From a virus, in the IMG/VR virus record IMGVR_UViG_3300013132_000026, positions 63,127 through 127,126 of that record: a stretch of DNA of 64,000 nucleotides; one strand, written 5' to 3'. Position numbers and translations under genes: made by a program. Under the pieces are notes generated by a model that made no database searches, was not told where the DNA came from, and was given only the letters and a program-made list of their open reading frames with translations. Shown one piece after another: positions 1 through 10,582 of the stretch; position 1 is the first letter of the stretch; every line of letters starts with the position of its first letter.

Positions 1-2
1 GC

Positions 3-416
3 ACGTCCGAAGAGTTCTTTTGCTTCATTAAGAATTCCGACGTTGCGAACGCCACGACCGAAAATACTGACGGTTTCGGGCAAAAGTTTCTAGAGACTAT
101 CGCGGCTAACCGCTCGTTTGTTCGAGCCGTTCGTAACTTTCTTGGCATTCATATCGTTGGGGAAGATGAGATTGCGAAGAGTGGCAGCGGAGGCAAGACT
201 CAAACGGCTGACGGGTCTGCTGACGTTACTCCACAAGCCGTGCTGTCAAAGAAGTTCCAAGAAGTGATCGGCGGCGAGTTTCCCGATTTCCGTGAGTGGC
301 TCCGCACGCTCTGGAAGGAAGAAACGTATCGCAACGAAGAAGCGAAGAACTGGAACTCTTGGTCCGACGTGCCAAGCAAGGAAGCTCGCACGTTACTCAA
401 GCACCTCAAGTTATGA
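3..416 (+). CDS. 5'-truncated ORF, possible ssDNA-annealing (Rad52/Sak/ERF-like) protein
   Basis: Manual translation of frame 3 is open from the window edge to TGA at 414-416 (…QKFLETIAANRSFVRAVRNFLGIHIVGEDEI…). The 'A..R.FVRAVR..LGI….EDE' pattern resembles SSAP cores. Stop overlaps the next ATG. Confidence 0.4.
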   Translation, partial: TSEEFFCFIKNSDVANATTENTDGFGQKFLETIAANRSFVRAVRNFLGIHIVGEDEIAKSGSGGKTQTADGSADVTPQAVLSKKFQEVIGGEFPDFREWLRTLWKEETYRNEEAKNWNSWSDVPSKEARTLLKHLKL

Positions 417-883
417 TCAAGAGGATTGAAAAAGTAACAGAGCTTCGCGAGGTTCTCGATCAGATGGAAAAGTCTGACCGTTTAGATCTCGTTCTGAAGA
501 CTCACAAGCACGTTGCGGGAGATTGGGACTTGCCTCACTTAAAGAGTGAGCTTTCGCATCTCCTGCTTTCTTTCCGAGACAACGCCGTTGTCTACGTTTA
601 CTTTCGCGACGGCAAGCCAAACTCGATCTTTGCGGGACTGATCTCGCAAGATTGGGCTTGCGGCAAAACGGGACTCAATGAAATCATTTGGGTCACAACT
701 GGTAAGTCTTTTCTCGATGGAGTTATTGTTTTACAAGAAATCGAGAAACTAGTGGCACAGAGAGGTTTAGATTACTTGTCGTGCCACTGGATGTGTAACG
801 GCGGCGATCCGCGAGTGCAGATGTTCTATATGAACAACGGCTTTCGTCTCGATACACTTACCTTTGTAAAGAATTATAAATAA
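413..883 (+). CDS. GNAT-fold acetyltransferase-like protein
   Basis: Probable start at ATG 413, overlapping the upstream stop. C-terminal 'EIEKLVAQRGLDYL…VQMFYMNNGF' is GNAT motif-B-like. Confidence 0.5.
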   Translation: MIKRIEKVTELREVLDQMEKSDRLDLVLKTHKHVAGDWDLPHLKSELSHLLLSFRDNAVVYVYFRDGKPNSIFAGLISQDWACGKTGLNEIIWVTTGKSFLDGVIVLQEIEKLVAQRGLDYLSCHWMCNGGDPRVQMFYMNNGFRLDTLTFVKNYK

Positions 884-957
884 TCGCCAGTTGGCGGTTT
901 TACATGGCAAATGATTGGGGCTTTATGTAAAGCCATTTACCTTATTTTACTTTTAAG

Positions 958-3258
958 ATGAAAAAATCAATGACAGTTAAAAAGAGAAGCGGCGACATCG
1001 AGAAGTTCGACGCTGACAAGATTAATAAAGTTTTACAATGGGCTTGCGACGGCATTTCCGGAACCTCGTTCGAGGAGGTCGGGATGAACGCCAACGTAGC
1101 TTTCTTTGACGGTATCTCGTCCAAAGACATTCACAATACGCTAATCGAAGCTGCTGCGGGGCTAATTTCTGAGGAAAAACCTCAGTATCAATTTGTTGCG
1201 TCTCGCTTACTCAACTATCACCTCCGAAAAGAAGTTTGGGGAGGGAAGAATGCTCCGAAACTGATTGATTTTGTAAAAGAAAATATTAAATATGGCGTTT
1301 ACGATCCAGACATTCTTAAGTGGTACGATGATCGCGAGTTCCATAAGTTAGACGAGTTTCTGAAACACGACCGTGACTTTGACTTCGCTTATGCTGGTAT
1401 CAAGCAGCTTTGCGACAAGTACCTCGTTCAAAATCGGACAACAAAGAAGATTTACGAGACTCCACAGTTTGCGTACATCTTGATCGCTATGACTCTGTTC
1501 AGGGGTTATAAGGAGAATCGCCTACAGTACATTAAGAAAGCTTATAGCTACTTTAGCCAGCACAAGATCAATCTGCCTACCCCAATCATGGCGGGCGTTC
1601 GCACGACGCTAAAGAGCTACGCCTCTTGCGCTTTGTTTACCGTAGATGACACGCTAAATTCGATTTTCTCGAACAACTCGGCTGTAGGTATGGCTACGGC
1701 AAATCGATACGGAATTGGCCTTAATATGAGCCGAATCCGAGCCGTTAATGCGCCCGTTAAGGGCGGCATGGTTAGTCACACGGGTCCAATCCCATTTTTG
1801 AAGATGTTCGAGTCTACCGTAAAGAGTTGCCACCAGAACGGCATTCGCGGCGGCTCTGCTACCGTAAACGTTTCTTGGTTTCACCACGATATCGAAGATA
1901 TCCTCGTTCTCAAGAACAATGCGGGTACTGACGATAATCGCGTTCGCAAGCTTGACTATTGCATCGGCTTTGACCGCGTATTCTATGATCGCGTCCTAAA
2001 CAACGAAAAGATCACTCTTTTCTCGTATCACGAAGTTCCCGAGCTTTGGAATCGATTCGGCTTCCCAGACTTTAAGGATCTTTACCTTGCCGCAGAAAAG
2101 AACGCGAAGCTGAAGTTTAAGAAGACGATGAATGCCCGCGATCTCTTTATGCTCTTCTCGAAGGAGCGTGTAGAGACGGGACGTATCTACGTCATGAACG
2201 TTGACCACGCAAACTCGCACGGTTCTTGGCTTGAGCAAGTGGACACTAGCAATCTCTGTACGGAAATAACTCAACCATTAATTCCGATTTCAGATCTTAA
2301 TGATAAAAATGGAGAGATCGGTGTTTGTATTCTCTCTGCCGTTAATCTCCTCAAGGTTGACAAAGACGAGATGGAACCCGTGTGCGACGTTATTGTTCGA
2401 ATGCTCGAAGAGCTTATCGACCACCAGAACTATTTTGTTCCTGCCGCAGAGAATTTTGCGAAGCGTCGTCGTAGCCTCGGCGTTGGCGTCACGAATCTCG
2501 CCGCTTACTTGGCCGATCTTGGCGTAAAGTATTACGACAAGGCCGCGCCGAATAAGGCGGCGGCAATCATGGAGCTTGTCAGCTATAACTTGATCAAGGC
2601 GTCCGTTGAACTGGCAAAGGAAAAGGGTGCGTGCGAAAAGTTCGACAAAACAAAGTTCTCGCAAGGTATTCTCCCTATTGATACTTACTGCAAGAACATC
2701 GATGAGTTCGTAACCGAAAAACTTCATTGCGATTGGGAATCGCTGCGCAAAGACATCAAGCAGCACGGTATGCGCCACAGCACGCTCACTGCGATCATGC
2801 CCGTAGAGTCGAGTTCCGTTATTCAGTCATCGACAAACGGCATCGAGCCACCACGCTCGCTGATTTCGCAGAAGCGTTCAAAAGCTGGCATTATCCCAGT
2901 TGTCGTTCCTAATATCCGTTCGAAGAAGAACGACTACACGCTCGCATTTGAAATGCCAAATAACCACGGCTATCTTAAGGTTGTCGCGGCGCTTCAGAAG
3001 TTCACCGACATGAGCATCTCGACCAACTTGTACTATAACGTTAATCGTTATCCGAACAAGATTCCGAATCAAACGGAACTGCTCGGAGACATTATGATCG
3101 CTTACAAGTACGGAATTAAGAACCTTTATTACACAAATACATTTGACGGCGACACACAAACCGTCTTAGATTCAACTCCTAACCCAACCAAAGAACCCGC
3201 AAAGCAGCCAGAAACCGAAGAGGCCGATGGCTGCGCTGGTGGGGCTTGCACGCTGTAA
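958..3258 (+). CDS. nrdA: ribonucleotide reductase class Ia alpha subunit
   Basis: N-terminal ATP cone (VKKRSG…FDADKI), PTPIMAG, SCAL, SNLCTEI catalytic motif, LYY, and C-terminal CAGGAC redox pair. Confidence 0.97.
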   Translation: MKKSMTVKKRSGDIEKFDADKINKVLQWACDGISGTSFEEVGMNANVAFFDGISSKDIHNTLIEAAAGLISEEKPQYQFVASRLLNYHLRKEVWGGKNAPKLIDFVKENIKYGVYDPDILKWYDDREFHKLDEFLKHDRDFDFAYAGIKQLCDKYLVQNRTTKKIYETPQFAYILIAMTLFRGYKENRLQYIKKAYSYFSQHKINLPTPIMAGVRTTLKSYASCALFTVDDTLNSIFSNNSAVGMATANRYGIGLNMSRIRAVNAPVKGGMVSHTGPIPFLKMFESTVKSCHQNGIRGGSATVNVSWFHHDIEDILVLKNNAGTDDNRVRKLDYCIGFDRVFYDRVLNNEKITLFSYHEVPELWNRFGFPDFKDLYLAAEKNAKLKFKKTMNARDLFMLFSKERVETGRIYVMNVDHANSHGSWLEQVDTSNLCTEITQPLIPISDLNDKNGEIGVCILSAVNLLKVDKDEMEPVCDVIVRMLEELIDHQNYFVPAAENFAKRRRSLGVGVTNLAAYLADLGVKYYDKAAPNKAAAIMELVSYNLIKASVELAKEKGACEKFDKTKFSQGILPIDTYCKNIDEFVTEKLHCDWESLRKDIKQHGMRHSTLTAIMPVESSSVIQSSTNGIEPPRSLISQKRSKAGIIPVVVPNIRSKKNDYTLAFEMPNNHGYLKVVAALQKFTDMSISTNLYYNVNRYPNKIPNQTELLGDIMIAYKYGIKNLYYTNTFDGDTQTVLDSTPNPTKEPAKQPETEEADGCAGGACTL

Positions 3259-3262
3259 TAAA

Positions 3263-4318
3263 ATGAAAACTGTACTCAACACAATTAATCTCGACTCGTT
3301 AAAGCAGCCGCTTTTCCTTGGAGAAGACTTGGCTATTCAACGGTACGACCGTTTGAAGTACCCGAAGTTTTACGAGCTTTACGACCAGCAGATCAACTTC
3401 TTTTGGCGACCCCAAGAGATCAATCTCACAAAAGATGCCGCCGATTACAAGACTCTCTCACCAGAAGAGCGTTTTGTTTTCGATAGCAATCTTCGCTTCC
3501 AGACGATGACCGACTCGATGCTTAGTCGCAGCATCAACTCGCTGTCCGATTATGTTTCGAACCCAGAGCTAGAAATCTGCATGAACGTTTGGTCGTTCTT
3601 CGAGACTGTACATAGCAATAGCTATACATACATTCTCCAGAATGTTCACCCCGACGCGACCAAGTTCTTCGACTCGATTCTCGAAGACAAGGAGATCGTG
3701 AAGCGTGCTCAAGCCATCTCTAGCCGCTACGATGCTTTGCTTAACACGCGAAGCACCGATCCTAAGCAGCAGATTCTCGATGCCCTTATCGCTACACAAA
3801 TTACCGAAGGCTTAACGTTCTACGTTTCGTTCGCGTGCTCGTTCTACTTTGGCTATCGCGGAAAGATGGAAGGCAACGCAAAAATTATTAATTTAATTTC
3901 TCGCGACGAGAACCTTCACGTTGCTATCACGCAAAATATCATTAAGATCTTGCGCGATCACCCGAGCGAAGGCTTCCAAGAGCTTCTCAAGAAGAACGAA
4001 GATCGAATCTACGAGGCTTACAGAATGGCAGTGGACGCAGAAAAGGAATGGGCCGATTATCTGTTCTCTAAGGGAAGCTTGATCGGTTTGACTGCCGACT
4101 CGTTGAAGCAATACGTTGAGTGGCTCGCGGATAACCGCTTGACATCAATGGGTTACAATAAAATTTATAACGCTAAGTCCAACCCACTCTCTGGCTGGCT
4201 TAATAGCTTCTACGACTCCAAGAAGGTTCAGGTTGCCCCGCAAGAAACGGAAATCTCGTCCTACGTTAAAGGCGTAGATAACAAGATTGACGAATCCGTC
4301 TTCGATATTAAGTTTTAA
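3263..4318 (+). CDS. nrdB: ribonucleotide reductase class Ia beta subunit
   Basis: FFWRPQE, ETVHSNSY, EG..FY.SF, RDENLH iron ligands, VAPQETEISSY. Start placed at ATG 3263. Confidence 0.97.
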   Translation: MKTVLNTINLDSLKQPLFLGEDLAIQRYDRLKYPKFYELYDQQINFFWRPQEINLTKDAADYKTLSPEERFVFDSNLRFQTMTDSMLSRSINSLSDYVSNPELEICMNVWSFFETVHSNSYTYILQNVHPDATKFFDSILEDKEIVKRAQAISSRYDALLNTRSTDPKQQILDALIATQITEGLTFYVSFACSFYFGYRGKMEGNAKIINLISRDENLHVAITQNIIKILRDHPSEGFQELLKKNEDRIYEAYRMAVDAEKEWADYLFSKGSLIGLTADSLKQYVEWLADNRLTSMGYNKIYNAKSNPLSGWLNSFYDSKKVQVAPQETEISSYVKGVDNKIDESVFDIKF

Positions 4319-7300
4319 GTGTCGAGGTAGAGAGTATCGGCGTTCAGATCGACCCAACCTTTCGGCGTAAACTCAAGAACTACTTGTTCATTTGGTTTTA
4401 CGACCGTTAAGGTTGGGGATTCTGCCGCTTCGCCACCGTCTCTATAAACAACGTAAACATCAGCAGCCTTACCGAACGCTGGCTTGTTTACGAACGTTAC
4501 AGTATAACCAATTGGCGGATTCGATGGAATTTCAACCGTTGAATCGCTGATTGGCGTAACAATCTTAGTGTCATTCAGATCGTCTGGAGATAGCGTCAAA
4601 TCAATCGTGCTTTCTAGCACAACGTAGCCTCCGCTGCCAGTTATTGTTTGACCGTTGTAAACGAACACAACGCCAGCTAGTCCAGACTTTGCGCCGATAG
4701 TCGTCCAGTTAACGGTTCCTTGAACCGTGATCTTGTAGCTCCTATTAACCATCAAGTTCGAGCCTGTGGCTTCGATTTGTGGTCTTTCTGCTGCATTTAC
4801 TGGTGCAGGAGGACGCTTGCCATCAAGAATGTATTCGGTATAGGTAACTGCTGGTGGCTCGTCGGCTCTATCTTCCAGATAGCCGCTAACAACTGGGGAC
4901 ATTACGCCAGTGCCAAAGTCGTCTCTCGGCAGGAACTTGAAGTAGTACCATTGCTCGCGTTGAATCGTTGGCCCGCCAAGCTCAATAAGGTTCAAGTAAG
5001 AGCGGCTTGGGATAGGATAGATAGCGTGCAAGTTACTTCTCGTATCTGTGTCTGGAGTAAATGCTTCAGAACTACCAGTATAAATGTCTACCGAAAGAAC
5101 GTCTTTGTTCGAAGATGCTGAGTAACAATAGAATTTAATCGCATTATAAGACACGCGATCTTGAACGACGGAAACTGCAACGCCCGAGAAGCCAGTTTGG
5201 TTTGCGTTAGTGATGTCGGCAAAATCGGCAGTACCCAAAATATTACCCTTTGTTCTTGGAAGAGTTCTCGCCTCTTCATAACCGTAAGTTTCCCAATGCT
5301 CTCTTCCCCAAGCGTCTTTTGTCTTTGTGCCGCCTTGCAATACTTCCGACTCATAAGCGTTCAGCAAATCGGGCCACTCGTTGACATAAGCTTCGTAGCT
5401 AGGATCGCCAAGACCAGAGTAGTTAATGTCGATACCATTTAGAGTAGCAACGCCAGCAGAGCTTAATCCTGTTGCAGACTTGAATGCTCCAGAGATATCT
5501 CTGAACGTGATTTCACGATCAGCATTCTCGCTTCTTAACAGATCTCCAGCACTTGCGCCAGCAGACCAATCTCTAATACCCGAGCCGCTAACGATATTGT
5601 TTTCCCCACTATTCCAAACTGCGACTCTTGTGAACGAAGAGTTCCCGTAGTAGCCCGAGAAAACATAATAGGGCGAGAACTGATAAGAGTCTACTACGTC
5701 AATTTGAGAGTATGCTGGAGCAACATTGTAAGCGTCGAAAGTTCCTGTAAATGGATTATTATTTACGTCTCTTACGACGACTCTTAGTCTATAGTTTCTT
5801 TGCGCAGGAGAATCGGTAGTCTTGATGTCTGCCGTTGTGCCGCGCATCGAGTATTCTTGATTTTTCTCTTTTGTTAGCGTATACGAGAAGCCTTGATAGC
5901 CAGTATTGGATTCTAGTAAAGTTCCACCATCAGAGTATAGTTGAACAACGATATTCGGAGCGTCTGGGAAGAACGGATTGTTTCTGAGAGAATCTGGTGA
6001 ATTGATTCTGTCGCCAACGGGATCAACGTAAGACCAGCGGAACGTCAAATCTTTTGACGTGAAGTTCCCTTGCCCAACTCCCGAGAATGTTGCTCCGTAA
6101 GTAATGTTGTATCGCAAGCTTCCAGTATCCGCTGTATCAAGGTAGAAACCAGTGATCGCGACTCTATCTAACGATGTGCCGCCAATTGTTGCGGTGGACA
6201 ATGGAAGAGCGACTGCGCTTATTGATGCTGAGTCTTCGGACAAGAATCGATACGGCGTAGCTCCTTGAGCGTAGATATCGATATCGTACTGTCCCCAGTT
6301 TGAGTTAACTGGAATCGTGTAGTCGAGAGAAGACGTTGATACGGCTTCAGTAATTGCTCCCGGTACTGAACTTGAGTAGTCTGGGCGGCTAATATAAAGC
6401 TTATAAAGTGGCGGCGAACTTGGAGAAGCTCCCCAGTTAACATAAATGCCAGTTGTGACGTTCGATTCATCTTTACGCAAAGTAGTTGTAACGGGCGTAG
6501 TTGGAGCCTGTGGCTTTACTACAAGGTCGTAAGGAGATTGAACGTAAAGGTTTGGCGAAGTGTCCGAGATGTCATTCTCGATAAAGTTTTCTTTATCTGG
6601 ATAAAACTCGACGCCAGCTACCGAATAGTTATTCGCCTCTTCTTCTTTAACTGTTAGAGTCTTGTAAAGCTTTGGCTCAACACCAGAACCGCTCAACAGA
6701 TAAATCGACCCATCTTCAATAAGATTAATCTTTGTTGGCAAGGTATCTACAGCTAGCGAATAGAAGCCTTTGCCATAGCCAGTTCCATAAACCAATCCGC
6801 TATAGCCAACACCATCAGTTTCGCTGAGAGTTCTGATATCTGACTGTCCGAGGGTTCCGCCTCCAACATAAACACTCAGCCCAAGCGCAGCAAACGCACC
6901 AGAAACGTGTGCGCTTGTTAAACTTGTCGTGATCGGAATCTTCGTGGAGCCATAGAAATCCTTGGGGAAACCAATGGTTCTGTGGTCGTTAATTGTTCCG
7001 GCAATCCAGTACTTTGTCTCATCCGTAGCGAACGTTGCTGAAGACGTGTGGCCAGCCTTACAGCGGTAAATAACGCCAGAAACATTTACGATCTTATCTA
7101 TATCATAATAAACGCTCGCTCTCCAGTCGTCATACTTAGAATTCGAACTGTTTCCAACATCAACATTTAAGAAAGTATAGTACGGAGTCATCTTGCTTAA
7201 AGCTAGAAGATCTCTGTAATTGAATCTAATCTTGCCAAAGTCATTGAGCGATTTTGATGCTCGCTCGACAATTCTTCCCGCTCCAGATGAAACTTTAACA

Positions 7301-10020
7301 AGAGCCGCTAAATAACCGAAAGAAGTTGAAACTGCCGAGACATCTTTGCCGATCTTCTGAACTTCTGTTGGAGCATAGGCCGCGAGTTCAGAAGGAGTTG
7401 CTGCATTATTTGCAACAGCTGCATTGTTAGACACAATGATAACAACGTTGCCCGCAGTGCTCGCGGTTATATGCGCAGCCGCAGTAGCTAACGAGGACGA
7501 CGTTGACGTTTGATTCACAAATGCTCCAGCAGTAGTTAACTGGATCGCAGTGAAAAATCCATTAGCTGCCGCTGTCCCAACTTGTGACCCATTGACCGTC
7601 ACGGTTCCGTTCGTGCCGTCAACAGCACAAGACCAATTTGTTTCGTCGCCGATTAATTGTCCCGTTCCCGCCGAGCCTTGAACGTCAATATCAATTTCAT
7701 TTTCGAGCAACACACCAGAAACCGCTGCGAAGTTTAATGTTTCAAAACGAGGATTTCCCGTTACAGTCGTGTTGTCTGGGAAAACATAAACCTCTCCTGT
7801 CAAAATAGTATCGCCAGTTGTTACGCCACCACCAGAAATTCTTCCTTCGATTGGGTACGTTTCAAAGATGCCAGATTTGAGCAAGAACTCGCCAGTGATT
7901 GTGATTCTCGATCCGTAAGTGTTACTACCGTCAACACCGTCAGCTACCGTATGAATGTTGTATCTCTGTAATTGACGCTGGCGTCTCGCTCTAATATTGT
8001 TGAGCGTGCCAGTAAATTGACCAGCAGAACCAGTTAAGTTATTAAGATCCGATACCGAATAATTCCCAGAAGGGACGTGGATATAAATACCCGAGTCAAG
8101 TCCGATAGTCGATGCAGTTCCTTGCTTAAACTCGCCATCGATAGTGACGACATTAGTCGCTTCGTTAACATCTAAGATGCGCCCAAATGTTCTTGCAGTG
8201 TTCTTAACTTCGTCGCTGACCGAGAAGATATCGCCCGGTTGCAGGAACGCAGCCTCAACGCCGCCAACGAACGACACGATGTCAGACTCGAACATCGAAG
8301 AACACAAGACGTAGCGTCCAATTCTGCGAGCCTCTGAGCGTGAAGTGCAACCAGCAGCGTTGATTTTAAATGGATTTAAGCCGAACTTACGAATGCCGTC
8401 AACATCTTCAATATACTCTACCTTGGTTTTGTAACCATCATACTTATCGTTATAAACGACTTCTACGGAAGTATATCTGACGTTTCGCGCCGTTTCGCTA
8501 TACTCGAAAAGACCGTCTCGAACATTTGCATTCGAGAACTGCATAACAGGATCTTGTGGTCTATCGGCGTAAAAAGAGAAACCTTCCGTGTTCCAGTAAA
8601 CGATGCCCTTAAATACGGCTGAGACATCGCGCAATACATTGTAAGCCTCGTCTTTATTGTAGAAGATGATGTTGTATGTGTAGCGTGGCTCTAAGCCACC
8701 TTTGCCGTCTGGAACGCCTCGAAAAATACCCTTATCATCTACAGCGTCACAATACCTACCGATATCGTAAAGCGTCCACTTGTCGAGTGACGAAAAGTCG
8801 ATTTGGTTGCCCAAACCATAATTCGTATTCGTGATGATATCGTAAAGAACCCAAGCTGGATTATCGGTCCAGCCTAACTTGAACGTGCCATCCCAATCAC
8901 CGTAGTAAACCTTGTTGCTATCGTAAAACTTATCGTCACAGAACTGCTGAAAATCGATATCAGAGTCGTGGAGCATATTGAACGCACCACCATTTACTTT
9001 TGCCGAAAGTTCTCGGAATGTTCTAGTTCCAGAAGACGAAGCGTTGCTGTAGAAATAATAAAGCTGAACGCAGTTTTCAGTCGAGTATCTGAACAGAGCA
9101 TCGTAAGTCGATTCGGTCATCGACTCTGGACTTGCTCCTCCGAAGAAAACAACTTTTCTTACCGTGTTCGACCAAAGAGAGTCAACAACAACCGATTCAA
9201 GCTCTTTGCCCATTTCGCGATTCGATGCGTAGAGATTCTTTCTGATTAAATATGAAACTGCTCCGACTTCACTATAAGCGGCAGAGACGGTGCTTTCTTG
9301 CAGTAGCGTATCGAGCTTAGTAAAAAGATTTTGATTGTTTTCTCCAGCAGAATCTGGCGAGCGAACAGTTATGAACGATTCCGAATCGTAATATGAGAAG
9401 TTCGTTAGCGTTGGGCCATTGATGACGCTATAGCTGACGCTGCTATCCACTTTCCAAATTGCTGCCCTTACCGCAGTATAACCAGCGGTCATCTTCGCAA
9501 TCATTTCTTTTAAATTCCGACGAATCAAAGCCTTATTCGCAAATGTCATATTCTTGTCTACGACAAAAATAATATCTAGATTATTTGGATTAGCCGGATA
9601 GTTTGCGCTTGGGTAAACATAACGACGGTCAAGACCGTTTCCGCCCAATGGATAGTAATTGGACGGGATCTTAATCTTCTTCATTCGCACGTCGAATGCG
9701 CGTTCTGGAAAATTCGCAAAGGTTCGCGAATCAAACTTTACTCCAACGTGAGCTGTTAGCGGATAAGAGAAATTGCGATCAATAACTTCTGTGATACTAT
9801 CTACATAAACTTCGCGCCTAACGAGCGGAGAAATAGTTTCTTCGCTGCGCTTTTCAATCTTGATGTAGCGATCTTTGCCATTTACTGATTCTGGTAAAAC
9901 GATTTCATCAACTCCTTCAGATACATTCGTTGAATCAACTGACTTTTGAAAAGCCGTTTGGTTCGCGTCGATTGGATCTTCCGCTCCTCTTAAGAATCTA
10001 AATGGATTTAACATTTTCAT
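4315..10020 (-). CDS. tail tip / central fibre protein, lambda gpJ-like, C-terminal major part, with vWA-like and carbohydrate-binding insertions
   Basis: gpJ motifs: 'SITEVID..SYP.TA.VG..FDS', 'IPSNY', 'WDGTFK..WTDNPAW.LYD', 'LY.IG.YCD', 'EPRY', 'GCTSR.EARR.GR', 'LQPGD'. The gpJ N-terminal domain is missing. Confidence 0.88.
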   Translation of the reverse strand: MKMLNPFRFLRGAEDPIDANQTAFQKSVDSTNVSEGVDEIVLPESVNGKDRYIKIEKRSEETISPLVRREVYVDSITEVIDRNFSYPLTAHVGVKFDSRTFANFPERAFDVRMKKIKIPSNYYPLGGNGLDRRYVYPSANYPANPNNLDIIFVVDKNMTFANKALIRRNLKEMIAKMTAGYTAVRAAIWKVDSSVSYSVINGPTLTNFSYYDSESFITVRSPDSAGENNQNLFTKLDTLLQESTVSAAYSEVGAVSYLIRKNLYASNREMGKELESVVVDSLWSNTVRKVVFFGGASPESMTESTYDALFRYSTENCVQLYYFYSNASSSGTRTFRELSAKVNGGAFNMLHDSDIDFQQFCDDKFYDSNKVYYGDWDGTFKLGWTDNPAWVLYDIITNTNYGLGNQIDFSSLDKWTLYDIGRYCDAVDDKGIFRGVPDGKGGLEPRYTYNIIFYNKDEAYNVLRDVSAVFKGIVYWNTEGFSFYADRPQDPVMQFSNANVRDGLFEYSETARNVRYTSVEVVYNDKYDGYKTKVEYIEDVDGIRKFGLNPFKINAAGCTSRSEARRIGRYVLCSSMFESDIVSFVGGVEAAFLQPGDIFSVSDEVKNTARTFGRILDVNEATNVVTIDGEFKQGTASTIGLDSGIYIHVPSGNYSVSDLNNLTGSAGQFTGTLNNIRARRQRQLQRYNIHTVADGVDGSNTYGSRITITGEFLLKSGIFETYPIEGRISGGGVTTGDTILTGEVYVFPDNTTVTGNPRFETLNFAAVSGVLLENEIDIDVQGSAGTGQLIGDETNWSCAVDGTNGTVTVNGSQVGTAAANGFFTAIQLTTAGAFVNQTSTSSSLATAAAHITASTAGNVVIIVSNNAAVANNAATPSELAAYAPTEVQKIGKDVSAVSTSFGYLAALVKVSSGAGRIVERASKSLNDFGKIRFNYRDLLALSKMTPYYTFLNVDVGNSSNSKYDDWRASVYYDIDKIVNVSGVIYRCKAGHTSSATFATDETKYWIAGTINDHRTIGFPKDFYGSTKIPITTSLTSAHVSGAFAALGLSVYVGGGTLGQSDIRTLSETDGVGYSGLVYGTGYGKGFYSLAVDTLPTKINLIEDGSIYLLSGSGVEPKLYKTLTVKEEEANNYSVAGVEFYPDKENFIENDISDTSPNLYVQSPYDLVVKPQAPTTPVTTTLRKDESNVTTGIYVNWGASPSSPPLYKLYISRPDYSSSVPGAITEAVSTSSLDYTIPVNSNWGQYDIDIYAQGATPYRFLSEDSASISAVALPLSTATIGGTSLDRVAITGFYLDTADTGSLRYNITYGATFSGVGQGNFTSKDLTFRWSYVDPVGDRINSPDSLRNNPFFPDAPNIVVQLYSDGGTLLESNTGYQGFSYTLTKEKNQEYSMRGTTADIKTTDSPAQRNYRLRVVVRDVNNNPFTGTFDAYNVAPAYSQIDVVDSYQFSPYYVFSGYYGNSSFTRVAVWNSGENNIVSGSGIRDWSAGASAGDLLRSENADREITFRDISGAFKSATGLSSAGVATLNGIDINYSGLGDPSYEAYVNEWPDLLNAYESEVLQGGTKTKDAWGREHWETYGYEEARTLPRTKGNILGTADFADITNANQTGFSGVAVSVVQDRVSYNAIKFYCYSASSNKDVLSVDIYTGSSEAFTPDTDTRSNLHAIYPIPSRSYLNLIELGGPTIQREQWYYFKFLPRDDFGTGVMSPVVSGYLEDRADEPPAVTYTEYILDGKRPPAPVNAAERPQIEATGSNLMVNRSYKITVQGTVNWTTIGAKSGLAGVVFVYNGQTITGSGGYVVLESTIDLTLSPDDLNDTKIVTPISDSTVEIPSNPPIGYTVTFVNKPAFGKAADVYVVYRDGGEAAESPTLTVVKPNEQVVLEFTPKGWVDLNADTLYLDT

Positions 10021-10036
10021 CTACTAGTAAATATTA

Positions 10037-10570
10037 TTATGTAATCGAGAATGTTCTAACCCCATCTGTGCCACCAGTTAACTTTGTTAAGCCCTTTGGC
10101 GATTGGGCGTTGATATAAACAGTATGTGTTCCCGTAGCGAGCTTCGAAGTCACATCGGCTGGGATCGTAAATGAAAACACTCCCGTAGTGGTGTTAATGT
10201 CTGTGCCGTTTGCGTAAATGACTTGTGGCGTATTCCCATTACTAGCTGGACTATCTATATGAGCCGCCAAGGATAATGTTGGAGTAAGAATTGTGGTAGC
10301 TCCAAGAGTCCTGTTGAACGTTGCCGTTCCGGTCAGTGTGATAGTGGCTCCCTTAGCGTAACTTGAACTAGAAAGAGCATCAAAAGTAGCGGCTGTTCCC
10401 GCACCCTCTCCAACCAAAGTATAAACATAGTTTTGTACCGTAGTGTATGGATTTGAAAATGGCGACGTTGAAAGCTTTTTTAAATAATAGATAACCCCCA
10501 AAACCGTCGAATAGTTCCGTTTATTGATTTTCGTCGCCGCTAACTGTTCTGGAGTATATTGAATAGACAT
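10037..10570 (-). CDS. Ig-like beta-rich virion protein between the two gpJ halves
   Basis: 177-aa Thr-rich ORF in the tail operon. 'GVFSFTIP…LATGTHTVYINA' is Ig/Big-like. Confidence 0.55.
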   Translation of the reverse strand: MSIQYTPEQLAATKINKRNYSTVLGVIYYLKKLSTSPFSNPYTTVQNYVYTLVGEGAGTAATFDALSSSSYAKGATITLTGTATFNRTLGATTILTPTLSLAAHIDSPASNGNTPQVIYANGTDINTTTGVFSFTIPADVTSKLATGTHTVYINAQSPKGLTKLTGGTDGVRTFSIT

Positions 10571-10582
10571 TTTTTATGGGAC

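Noticed and set aside
958-4318. Inteins or introns in nrdA/nrdB
   Set aside because: Both have normal length and continuous motifs.
10021-10582. Self-splicing intron or intein rejoining the gpJ halves
   Set aside because: No group I/II structure or homing nuclease motifs were seen, intergenic gaps are only 12-16 nt, and the downstream half has its own leader. Not formally excluded without RNA data.
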